A DNA stretch of 59,977 bases from Folioceros fuciformis. Its lineage: Eukaryota. A program made the translations under genes and the position numbers. Positions 36,513-47,121 of this stretch are shown piece after piece (the first letter of the stretch is position 1; each line of letters starts with the position of its first letter). Below the pieces are notes generated by a model that was given only the letters and a program-made list of their open reading frames with translations, was not told the origin of the DNA and ran no database searches. Location of the stretch: the NCBI GenBank assembly GCA_049999805.1, contig JBNGIO010006285.1, positions 388,444 through 448,420 of the forward strand, given 5' to 3'.

Positions 36513-37105
36513 ACCATGGTGCACTAAACCATTCATGTCACTATAGCGTGCTCATTCAATCACCATAGCGCACTAAACCATTCATATCACCATAGCATGC
36601 TAAACCATTCGTATCACCATTAGCATGCTAATCCATTCGCATCACCATAGCACTAAACCATTCTTATCACCATATTGCTAAACCATTCATATCACCATAT
36701 TGCTAAACCATTTTTATCACCATAGTGCTAAACCATTGTTATCACCATAGTGCTAAACCATTTTTATCACCATAGTGCTACACCATTTTTATCACCATAG
36801 TGCTACACCATTTTTATCACCATAGTGCCATAGTGCTCAACCATTCGTATTACCATAGCGCTAAACCATTCGTACCACCATAACGCTAATCCATTCGCAT
36901 CGCCATAGTGTTAATCCATTCGTATCACCATAGCGCTCAACCATTCGTATCACCATAGCGCTCAACCATTCGTATCCCCATAGTGCTCAACCATTCGTAT
37001 CCCCATAGTGCTCAACCATTCGTATCACCATAGCGCTGCTAAATCATTCTCGTATCACCATAGCACTAAACCATTCGTAGTATCATCATAGCGATTAACC
37101 ATTCC
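36513..37105. repeat. 25-bp minisatellite, more than 20 degenerate copies
   Basis: Unit AACCATTCGTATCACCATAGCGCT(A/C). Confidence 0.93.
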
Positions 37106-37233
37106 TGGCCTAATTACTCAACCGTGCCTAATGGGTGGGCATAGCACTCGATGGGTGTTGCTTACTACAAGCAAATAGATTTAAAACGTAAACCGCGGAG
37201 GCCGGCGGCGGCCTCCCAACTTCCATGGTCGTG

Positions 37234-40200
37234 TCAAATGTATAGACAATCTTCACGTGAAGACTGCAGCTTTGCACTTAACTCTACCAGCAAAGCGAAA
37301 ATCGCAGATTCCTGTGGATGTCTACGGTCTTCCACCAGAAAAGTGTGCACCAAATTTCCGTGCTCAATCCAGGTCTGACCAGGTTTTTTCTTTGCACACG
37401 CTTTCCCTCTCAGCTCTTCAACTTCGTTGGCACAGTCCCACATGCCTGCGTCTGCATATATGTTTGACATGAGCACGTAAGCAGCGGATTGTTCTGAATC
37501 CAAGCTCACAGCCTGTTCAAAGCAGCATCTTCCCAGTGCTACATTGCAGTGTTTTTGACAGGCACCGAGCAGTGTCAACCATATTGGCAGATCCGGCAGC
37601 ATGGGCATCGTTGAAAGCAGATCCTCTGCCTTGCGAAACAAGCCTGCACGGCCAACAAGATCCAGAACGCAAGCATAGTGCTCGACATCTGCTGTGATCC
37701 CATGGTATCTTGTCATGTGATCGAAGCACTCCAGTCCTTGATCAACCATACCAGCATGGCTGCAGGAGGAGAGGAGTGCCAGGAATGTTACTCTATCTGG
37801 CTTCTCACCTGCTAGACACATTTCTTCATAGCATTGCATACTCATGTCACAATCTCCTTGTCGAGCATACCCAGCGATCAGTGCATTCCTAGCCACAAGG
37901 TCAGGCTGAGGAAGCAAGTCATACACGTACTGAGCATCCAGCATGCTCCCACATTTTCCGTAAGCGTGGATTAAGCTGCTTGCCACAAAAAGATGACACT
38001 GAAGACCACTCTCTATGATGTTCTTGTGGATCTGCACACAGGAATTCAAGGCTCCTGTGTTGCTGCAAGCATCTAGTGCAGAGAGAGCAGTACTTACCTG
38101 CAACTTCATCCCTTCCCCTTGCATCTGTGCATACAGTTGTAAAGCTTTCTCTCCTTGGTGATGAGTGGCGTACGCTGAAATCATTGCATTCCACGATACC
38201 ACATCGCGTCGACATAGGCTGTCAAAAAAGAGGCGAGCATCATACAGACTGCCACACTTCGCATACAGATTGACCAAGGTGTTCGCCACAAACATATTTG
38301 ACTCGGAGTCCCTCCGAGCAGCTTCAACATGTATTTCCTTCCCTTTTCGCAGTGAATTTACTTTCACTTGCTCCCCATCGACAAGTATGCTTTCCTCTTT
38401 TTCTGCCAGACTGATACACGCCTGTAATGCACTGACGAGGGTACGAGCCTCAATCTTGATGCCTCGCTGCTGCATTTGCGCATACATCTCCAATGCTTCC
38501 TCGCCTTGATCTTGCTGAGAATATGCCGCAAGCATCGCGTTCCATGCCACGATATTGTGATCAGAGAGCTGGTCAAAAACATTACGAGCGTCCAAGATGC
38601 TTCCACATTTTGCGTACACATTAACCAAACTGCTGCCGATGAAGAGATTTGTGTGAAAACCAGCAGCAACAGCCACGGCATGTACTTGCTTCCCTTTGCA
38701 TAGGGACTCCACTTTCACATTTTGACCATTCACTAAGGCACTTTCCTCCTGTCCTGCAAGAGAGCCACACGCCTGGAGGGCACCAACAAAAGTTTGAGAA
38801 CTTGCCATGAGACCTTCCTCTTGTATTCGCCAGAAAATCTCCAAGGCCTTCTCACCGTGGCCATGCTGCACATACGCTGTAATCATGGTACTCCATGCTG
38901 TAACGTCGTGCAGGGGCATTTTGGCACACAGATTTCGCGCTTCCACGACATTCCCACACTTGGCATGTAGACTAATCAGAGCGCTGCGAAGAAACGAGTC
39001 TGATTCGAACCCTCGTTCAGCGGCTTCTAGGTGGATATCTCTGCCCTTCTGTAGTACCTCCCAATTCACATCTTGCCCATCCACCTGTGCACTGCCCTCT
39101 TTTTCTGCGAGGATGCTGCATGCTTCAATAGCTGTGACAAAAGTGCGGACATTTGGCTGGACGTGCTGCACTTGCATTTGCTCATACACTTGCAGGGCAC
39201 GTTCTCCTTGACCCTGCTCAACGTATCCAGCAAGCATAGAATTCCAGGAGACCGTGTCACGTTGGGACAGTCTGTCAAACTCCAGTTCTGCATTGATAAT
39301 GCTGCCACATTTTGCGTACGTACTAACCAAAGTCGTACCAACAAAAACATCCGATCCATAACCCAGCCTCACAGCCTCAGCATGTATCTCCTTGCACTTC
39401 AGCAGTGCTTCCACTTTCATATGTTGCCCAGACACACTTGAACTTCCTTCTTCTTCTTCTGCAAGAGCGCTACATGCTTGCAGAGCACTCACGAAAGTGC
39501 GTGCATCTCGCATGATGCTATCTGGGATTTCTGCATAGATCCGTAGAGCCTTTTCTCCTTGTCGCTGGTGCGCATATCCTGCAATCATGGCATTGATTGA
39601 CACAATGGTGTGTTGAGGCATTTGATTATATACCGTGTATGAGGCCTCAACCCAACCACACTTAGCATATACAGTAACCAAGGTGCTGCCGACAAATATG
39701 TCATTTCCATGACCAAGTCGGATTGCATCACAGTGTATCTGAATGGCCTTCTGGAGCGATTGCACAGTGACGTTTTGCCCAAGGACTAACACTGTTTCCT
39801 CGTGTTCTGCCAAGATACTGCATGCTTGGAGGGCGCTCACAAATGTCCGAGGATCTGGTGTCACGTTTGCCTCTCGCATTGCTAGATAAAGTTGAAAAGC
39901 CTTGTCTGGTTGGTGCTGTTGAGCATATGCTAAAATCATAGAGGTCCAGGACGCACAATTATGATGTGACAATCTGTCAAAGACGTGTTGTGCATCTGCC
40001 AGGCTCCCACACTTCGCATACATAGTCACTAAAGTATTACCAACGAACAAATCCGCTTCAAAACCTCTTACAGAAGCTTCCGCATGAATTTCCTTCCCCT
40101 TCCGAAGCAACTCCACTTTCCCAAGTTCCAGGTCACTTTCAGTTTGTTCTGCAAGGGCACCACATGCTCGGATTACACTTACAAAAGTTCGCTCATCTGG

Positions 40201-41412
40201 CTCAATACCCTGCTCAAGCATTTGTTGAAACATCAGCAAGGCCATTTCTCCTTGCTCATCATGTACATACGCTGCAAGGATTGCGTTCCACGAAACTACA
40301 TTGAGGTGAGACAGTCTGTCAAAAACTTGTCGACCATCCTCTATTCTCTTCAATTTTCCATACATACTAATCAACGAGCTGCCAACAAATGGATCGGATT
40401 CGTAACCGAGCCGAGCAGCTTCAGAATGTATTCCCTTGCCCCTCTCCAGCCAGACATTTTGCCCCACAGCAAGGTCACTGAGCTCTTTCTCTGCAAGAGC
40501 ACCACATGCCTGTATAGTACTGACAAATGTCCAAGCATCTCCTTTGACACCGTGCCCCTGCATTTCTTCAAAAAGACGTAAGGCTTGTTCCTCTTGCCCT
40601 TGCTGTGCATAAGCTGAAAGCATTGCATTCCATGACACCAGGTCACGCTGATCCAACCTATCAAACACCTCCTGCGCATCCAAAATGCTCCCACACTTTG
40701 CATACATGCTAACCAGAGTGTTGGCCACATAAATATCAGATTCAAAACCATGTTCACGAGCATGAGAATGCAGCCGCTTGCCTTCTTGCAAATCTCGCAG
40801 CTTGCTGCATGCCTTCAGCAGGCTGACAACCGTGTATCTATCAGGCTGTATCCCATCCTGTAGCATCTGCTCGTAAGAGGAAAGAGCCTCTCGCCATTGT
40901 CCAGCATTGCCGTACCCTGAGATGATGGCTGTCCAAGAAAACACACTTCGATGCCTTAGTCGGTGAAACACATCAAGTGCATCCCTGAGGCTTCCACACT
41001 TGACCAGAGTGGTGACCAACATGTCTCCCAAAACTCTGTTGGACTCCAGGCCACGTTCAGCCAGATGGGCTTGCACCCACTTGGCATCATCCAACGCCTT
41101 CCTCTTCATGCATGCCTGCAATAACTTCTGATAAATCGGTACCGAGGGTACGCTCCCCTGCTTGTCCATGCGCAGCAGGACAGCGAGTGCCTTGTCGATC
41201 CGTCCCTCATGGCATAAATTCTGCAGCTCCCTGGCATCCTCACAGCTTATCCCCGATCTGAAAGGGCCCTGAACATGAAGACCTGGGTGCAGCAATGAAG
41301 TCTCACGATCTTGGGGTTGCAAGCACACGTGCGGGTTGGTCCTCGCTCCCCATTCAACGTGCGGAAGCGAAATACCTTGGGCTTCCAAGAGAAGAGGCCT
41401 GTGCATGCCCAT
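37234..41412 (-). CDS. PLS-class PPR protein with elongated L motifs, E1-E2-E+ end and no DYW domain
   Basis: Single 1392-aa exon; VSWNAMLSAYAQQG, TLVSMYAKCGSI, seven L motifs with an insertion, E1 WLTLLGACQKHCN, PG box KKKPGQTWIE. Confidence 0.95.
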   Translation of the reverse strand: MGMHRPLLLEAQGISLPHVEWGARTNPHVCLQPQDRETSLLHPGLHVQGPFRSGISCEDARELQNLCHEGRIDKALAVLLRMDKQGSVPSVPIYQKLLQACMKRKALDDAKWVQAHLAERGLESNRVLGDMLVTTLVKCGSLRDALDVFHRLRHRSVFSWTAIISGYGNAGQWREALSSYEQMLQDGIQPDRYTVVSLLKACSKLRDLQEGKRLHSHAREHGFESDIYVANTLVSMYAKCGSILDAQEVFDRLDQRDLVSWNAMLSAYAQQGQEEQALRLFEEMQGHGVKGDAWTFVSTIQACGALAEKELSDLAVGQNVWLERGKGIHSEAARLGYESDPFVGSSLISMYGKLKRIEDGRQVFDRLSHLNVVSWNAILAAYVHDEQGEMALLMFQQMLEQGIEPDERTFVSVIRACGALAEQTESDLELGKVELLRKGKEIHAEASVRGFEADLFVGNTLVTMYAKCGSLADAQHVFDRLSHHNCASWTSMILAYAQQHQPDKAFQLYLAMREANVTPDPRTFVSALQACSILAEHEETVLVLGQNVTVQSLQKAIQIHCDAIRLGHGNDIFVGSTLVTVYAKCGWVEASYTVYNQMPQHTIVSINAMIAGYAHQRQGEKALRIYAEIPDSIMRDARTFVSALQACSALAEEEEGSSSVSGQHMKVEALLKCKEIHAEAVRLGYGSDVFVGTTLVSTYAKCGSIINAELEFDRLSQRDTVSWNSMLAGYVEQGQGERALQVYEQMQVQHVQPNVRTFVTAIEACSILAEKEGSAQVDGQDVNWEVLQKGRDIHLEAAERGFESDSFLRSALISLHAKCGNVVEARNLCAKMPLHDVTAWSTMITAYVQHGHGEKALEIFWRIQEEGLMASSQTFVGALQACGSLAGQEESALVNGQNVKVESLCKGKQVHAVAVAAGFHTNLFIGSSLVNVYAKCGSILDARNVFDQLSDHNIVAWNAMLAAYSQQDQGEEALEMYAQMQQRGIKIEARTLVSALQACISLAEKEESILVDGEQVKVNSLRKGKEIHVEAARRDSESNMFVANTLVNLYAKCGSLYDARLFFDSLCRRDVVSWNAMISAYATHHQGEKALQLYAQMQGEGMKLQVSTALSALDACSNTGALNSCVQIHKNIIESGLQCHLFVASSLIHAYGKCGSMLDAQYVYDLLPQPDLVARNALIAGYARQGDCDMSMQCYEEMCLAGEKPDRVTFLALLSSCSHAGMVDQGLECFDHMTRYHGITADVEHYACVLDLVGRAGLFRKAEDLLSTMPMLPDLPIWLTLLGACQKHCNVALGRCCFEQAVSLDSEQSAAYVLMSNIYADAGMWDCANEVEELRGKACAKKKPGQTWIEHGNLVHTFLVEDRRHPQESAIFALLVELSAKLQSSREDCLYI

Positions 41413-42278
41413 GGGCTCCCTTCATCCCGTAACTCGGCAGCCACCAGCACACGGTCCGAGAAACAGCCTAGAGGGCAGGGACACCGTAACATAACTGCAG
41501 TTGGTGATGGAAGCCGAGACCCTACAAAATTCGTCAAAATTCATCTCCGAACCGGGCCTTGTTCTAGAATTATTCAACGCAGCACTACACAGAAAGCTAT
41601 CCTTCCACCAACCGCTCCTCTCTGCCTTGAAGAGGAATCTCTTGTTGTTGCTGCTCTGCGGAAGCCAAAGAATTCTACGACGCTCGGCAGGTCGGCACCA
41701 GCTGCCAGTGGTGAAGTGGATAGGCGGGGGAGCAGAGAACGTGTGCCGCCCCGCCATCGTCCACCTATCAGGCCTCAATAATCGACAGTTCAGTGCGCAC
41801 ACCACAAGGCTCCAACCGACATCGTTATCTCCACAGGAACTTTAAGTGCGCAGCGGCCGCTACGAGGCCTGTTCAAAATCGCACAGACCGCAGAACGAAC
41901 ATGGACACGCAAAATTGTGCTCGCTCATCGCCTTAATGACGAGCAGGCGAAAATCGAAGAGTCCCTACACCATTGTTGAGGGAAAAATTTGAGCTGCAAC
42001 CCGAGGAAAGCCGACTCTCACTCTTAACCGTCCCCACTTTGCCTGGCCGGAAAGAGAACGGCAGCGGCAAAAGGCTTGAGGAGCAGAAGAATTGTTTACC
42101 CCAGGCATAAACCACAGGGCAGGGTTCTGGATTTGCTTGTGCTCCGATTCGAGGCATGCAAGCAGTATCGTACACGGCAGAGGCTCGAGGTGTCGCTCAA
42201 CACCGAGCTGGCTAGCAAAATCTACCTACATTACACCTCATTCCACGGCAATGTGAATGCCGTGGAATGAGCCATCAC

Positions 42279-42791
42279 TCAGTCATCGTCCTTGAACTCC
42301 CGCCTGTCAAGATAGCGCGGCTGGATGCCGTTGCCCTGGCAAGTGGTGCAGACGATGGAGCCGGCTCCCTCGCAGTTGATACACTTGGAGACCTCGCGCT
42401 CGCCCCCGCCGAGCTCCACGGTGACGTTCCCTGCTCCCGTGCAGAAGCGGCAAGTCTGCGCTCCGGTGCCTTTGCAGGGGAAGCAGGGCTGGTCATTCTC
42501 GCGCGTCTCCGCATTCTTCACCTGCGTCTCGTAGAAGACAGGCACGCCGATTCCTACCGCCAGGCCCGCCAGCCCTACCCCGAGCGCCAGCAGCGTGTCC
42601 TGGTCCAGGTCCAGCGCCCGCACCAGCGTCCTGCTCCCGCGCCTCGCCCCCGTCCTCCACACCGCGGGAGACGAGCGCAATGGCGCGGTCGCGCAGGCGG
42701 GTCGTGACGACGAGCAGGGCGAGAAAGACGCCGCTCCGTCGAGCAGCCACGCCCGCGGGCGCACCACCCACGCTGTCGTCAGTGCTGCCAT
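42279..42791 (-). CDS. LQY1: Thylakoid DnaJ-like zinc-finger protein disulfide isomerase LQY1, intronless
   Basis: Transit peptide; TM segment LALGVGLAGLAVGIGVPVFYETQ; four CxxCxGxG motifs; GIQPRYLDRREFKDDD*. Confidence 0.93.
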   Translation of the reverse strand: MAALTTAWVVRPRAWLLDGAASFSPCSSSRPACATAPLRSSPAVWRTGARRGSRTLVRALDLDQDTLLALGVGLAGLAVGIGVPVFYETQVKNAETRENDQPCFPCKGTGAQTCRFCTGAGNVTVELGGGEREVSKCINCEGAGSIVCTTCQGNGIQPRYLDRREFKDDD

Positions 42792-43410
42792 AGCCAGGCG
42801 GTCTACAGCCGAGCCAAACCGAACCAATCTAGCCTGGAGGGCAAAATGCTTACTCGGCCTCGGCCTCCGCGTGTGTTCCAAAAGCCTCTCTACTGGATCA
42901 TGCTGCTGCTGCATCGTCATCAAGTAGTCTACGTGCGTCTTCGTCATCGTCATCAAGTGGTGGCATACGTGCGTATTTTCTTCAACCCTCGTGGACATGT
43001 CGTGTTACGGGACGGCGCGTTAGAACGGGGAACCACATTAAATGATGAATATATATATTAGGTATTAAAAAAATGAGACCACCTAGCTAGGTGTGTACAG
43101 TTCTGCACTTTGCTTAAACAGCAGGTTTCTCGACTCCGAGACACTACCCCTATTTATGGCTATAGGTGTGCGGGAAGTTGGCATGTCGAAGCTGTAGATT
43201 AGTGGCAAGATAGCCGTGATAGCGTGGTGAACGATAACACGGGACTCTGACGTGGCACTGTCCTGACGTGGCCCTTGCTGGCCCCTCCTCGTCACCATTT
43301 CCGACTCTGCTCCGCCTCCTTCATTCATCTCCTGTCGCCTTGGTGAGCCGGGACATCTTCTCCGCTCGAGCTTCCAGACAAATAAGGGTGAAGAGTTTAA
43401 TCGCGGAGCA

Positions 43411-44919
43411 ATGGCTTCGGGGTGTGCTTTGCAGCTGAACTCAGCGTCTCTTTGCTCGAATCCGTCGAGCAGTATATTGCGGCCTACGGATCAGAGATGG
43501 TCTGACCGCGTTCTGCTGCGGGGAGCGGTTTCCAGGATTGGTAGTGACTTGTTCTTAAGGAACGAGAGGCGACCTTGTGCTGGCGTACAGAAGTTGCATG
43601 ACGGGCTTGCAGTTCAAGGTCTGGCAAGTGGAGACCGTCAGCCAGCAGGACTAAAATGGACTTGTTTTGATTTGAATCGACAAGCGGCTGATTCTGAAGC
43701 TCCCACTTCTGTTTGCAGCTGCAGCCGAGGTGTGGGAGGCCGAGGACGTTCCTCCTATCCCGCGATCGATTCATGATATCTCCAACGGGGATCACATTCT
43801 TGGATTTGGTGCTCAGTTGACGGAAGATCATCCAGTTATCCCCGCTGACTCAACATTCAGTTTTGCTCGTCCAATTTCGCATCCAGCGCTTGCCAGTGTT
43901 CGTCAAACGCAGTACTAAAATTTATACATGCAGGGATTCTTCGACGAAGAGTACAAGACAAGGAGGTCGTGGATTGCGGATCTTGCCAAGCTTCACAAGA
44001 TGTGACCGCTTTACGCTGGCTGTCTTACAGGTTTCAATGATTCATTCGTGTCCTCATGTGAAGGAAGGGATCTTTATCTTTCTCTTAATTCTGTGTGTGC
44101 AGTGGGGAGCCCATCTTGGACATCGCTTACACAGAGGAAGAGACAAGAGTTTGGCGACAAGTGCTGGAAAAGTTGAGCGTGCTTTATCCCACACATGCAT
44201 GCAAGGAATTTTTGGCAGCCTTTCAGCTCTTCAATTTTCGTCCCGACCGCATCCCTCAGTTGCAAGAGCTGACCGAGGTTTGCTTCATCCTCCCGGCTTG
44301 CTGCTCTCCTTGGCCTACTAATAACCGACAACTCTGGTAGTGGTACCTCATTTTGTCGTTTTTGTTTTATGCGTAGGTTTTGCAGCAACAAACCGGTTGG
44401 CAGATTAGGCCGGTTGCTGGTCTCTTACACCCAAGGGATTTCCTGAATGGGCTAGCGTTCAAGACGTTCCACTCTACCCAATACATCCGACATGGGAGCA
44501 ATCCCATGTATACTCCTGAGCCGGACATATGCCACGAGATTTTGGGCCATATTCCAATGCTGGCGGACCCTGTGTATGCCGACCTTGTCCACGCAATTGG
44601 TGTGGCATCGCTAGGAGCGTCCAACATGTGGCACTTGACCAAGCTGTACTGGTATACTGTAGAGTTTGGAGTGATTCGGGAGGGAGCAGATGTCAAGGCG
44701 TTTGGCGCCGGACTGTTGTCCAGCTTCGGTGAGCTGCAATACCTTCTTGCTGGTCACGAGGGCCAGTTTCCGGAGTTTCAACCACTGGACCCTTTCAAGA
44801 AACTACCCAAAATGAGCTACAAGGATGGTTTCCAGAAGACATATTTCATTTGTGACAGTTTTGCTGATACAGCTTGCAAACTCCGAACTTACACCAACAG
44901 TCTATCTTCGAAGCCATAA
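43411..44919 (+). CDS. PAH: Aromatic amino acid (phenylalanine) hydroxylase, plastid-targeted, 5 exons
   Basis: DHPGFFDEEYKTRR, YPTHACKEF, IPQLQE, RPVAGLLHPRDFL, TQYIRHGSNPMYTPEPDICHEILGHIPML (two His Fe ligands), YWYTVEFG (Glu ligand), AFGAGLLSSFGE. Confidence 0.95.
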
Positions 44920-45010
44920 TGTCACCGGCCTGTAGATAGGCAAACTTTAGACCCAAACTGTAATTTATTCAATGTGGTTTCGCAACGCTTAAGCCCTACA
45001 ATTTAGTGAT

Positions 45011-46928
45011 TCATCCGGCCAAAATCTCTCTCTCTTTCGTCTTGCACGCATCATCAATGCTTTTCGCATACTTCTTCGTTAGTTCCTCGACCTGAAAGCC
45101 ACACGAACGTCAGACAGATCTTGCCCGGATCTTCTAATGAAGGGAAGTCATCCAAATCCATAACGATCTCACCTCTTTCTCCAGTCGCTTGGCATCATCT
45201 TTAGGCATATCTTTTTTAGCAGCAGATATTTTATCAAGCGCCTGCATCACCCAGATCATAGAAGTTTTGACGACCGAGACCTTTGCAAGGAGGCGACGAA
45301 GACGGAGGACACGGCATGTGACGGAAAACCCACATCTTTCCTGGCCCTCCGAAGACTTAGCTTCGCCACCTCCCCCGCCTTCCCAGCCATTTTACACATG
45401 GCCTGGAGATACACCACCACACGATTGGCACCCAGCTGATGCTGTCACAGGCACCTGACAAATCCAGAATAACTTGAAAGCAACTTCACAAATTGGTCAA
45501 CTCACATCACAATGTTCCTTCGTCAGCCTGGTTCATCTCAGCGTTGATGGAATTTGAACAGAACCATGCCACCCAAGAAAAATGAGGTCAGAGCGAATAA
45601 ACCCCTGACAGCAAAGAGATAAAATGCACACTTTAATCGGGCGATGTAGCTTCATGGGCCGTTCCGAATAACAAAAGAAACCACCGGTCAAGAGTTCCCG
45701 TACTTTGGAATAGGTACCGTTAGGGTTTGACCATTAACCACAGGATTGAGACGCAGGGGAGAACTCAAAACAGCAGATTCAACGCTTTTCACCGTCTGCA
45801 CACATCATACCATTTTGGTCAACACACATTGCACGCCACTTAGATAGCCCCATTTAACAGTACACCGACTGACCTAGAAACTACTGGGTCACAGAAGGAT
45901 CGCTCACAGACGGGTCATACGGCATGACAGTCAAGGTCTGAGCATCTGAAACAGACACAGCAGCTACATGGCTGAGGGGTGACTTGAAGCCACTTGCATC
46001 CACCAACACGTGATCAAGCATGCCTGGAAACAAAAAGCAAAATGCAGCAGGGAAGTGAGTCCCATTTCAAGGCAGTGTAGATTCCATTCGCATACTTCGA
46101 CAGCATCCCGCTCACCAGGACTAGCTCTGCCCGTTCGCAACTTGCTAAGCTCTCGCGAAAGAGCATCCAGTGCTGCATCCATCTGGGTGGTCGCAAGCTC
46201 CTTCACAGCAGGTCTCAACGTGCCAATGTTAACGTCAGGCACCTCCTCATCACTTTCTGCAAACAGAGAAATCACATCAGGAGGGGTACGCGTGGCGCGA
46301 GGGCATTCCCATGCTCAAATGGGACATACGACAAATACAAAGATAGTCAAAACCCAAAGACTTGCGAGGGGCCAAGGACTCAGATTATGGGTGGTGATAT
46401 ATTAGGATGGTCGGCAAGGCTGGAGAGCCATTAAGCTGAACGAGACCTTACATAATATCATCATGGTCCTTGAGCGACTGACACACAACCAAAGCAACCA
46501 AGAACACAGCGAACCTCAACTGACTTAGGCGACGGAACGAACAATCGGACATCAGATTTTCCGGATGTCATCGACAAGGCTACAAGAGCCATTCCGCCGA
46601 ACGAGACCTTTAAAAGGTCATCATAGTCCAATTTCATGCACACCAAGCAGACCAGCCACACGACCCCATTCCTACACTGACGACGCTACAGACAAAGGCA
46701 CATACTAGCCTTTTTTGCCTGCTTGGCAAAACCCCGCCATGACTGTGAAAAGCATGGTTCGCTCCTGCTATCCGTAGGCATTGCCGGAGCCGCGGCCACG
46801 CGGGCAACTGACGACGCCGCTCGGCAAGCCCCACATCCGGCATGCTCGGTAGACAACACTGCTACCCGCTCCAACAGGACGCGACAACGCAGCGCCCTAA
46901 TCAAGCCAGAGGCTCGCAGGCTAGCCAT
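45011..46928 (-). CDS. RRF: Ribosome recycling factor, organellar (probably mitochondrial), multi-exon
   Basis: Presequence ending WRGFAK; QMDAALDALSRELSKLRTGRASPG, SSPLRLNP, VPIPKLTKEH, AKLSLRRARKD, KDDAKRLEKEVEELTKKY. Confidence 0.92.
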
Positions 46929-47121
46929 GTTCCTTGCTGCCTTCTCTAATGGTGGTCTCTGACGATTATGTATGGGAAAGGCGACGGCTAGGTCGAGGGT
47001 TTAGGGTTTAACCGATGAGTTCTCTAATTAGTGACTGGCTCGCTGCGTTGTACGTAGCAAGTTAACTTGCATGGACCTTTGAAATTTTGCTCTCCGTGAG
47101 CTAAACAGATTCACACCAGAA

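Noticed and set aside
36513-37105. CRISPR-like array
   Set aside because: Units are contiguous with no unique spacers, there are no cas genes, and the context is eukaryotic; it is a minisatellite.
13639-42791. Photosystem II assembly gene cluster (HCF136 and LQY1)
   Set aside because: 27 kb apart with many unrelated genes between; consistent with chance.
42792-42998. N-terminal extension of LQY1 from the ATG at 42998
   Set aside because: The ATG at 42791 already gives a typical transit peptide; the upstream part looks like UTR or promoter.
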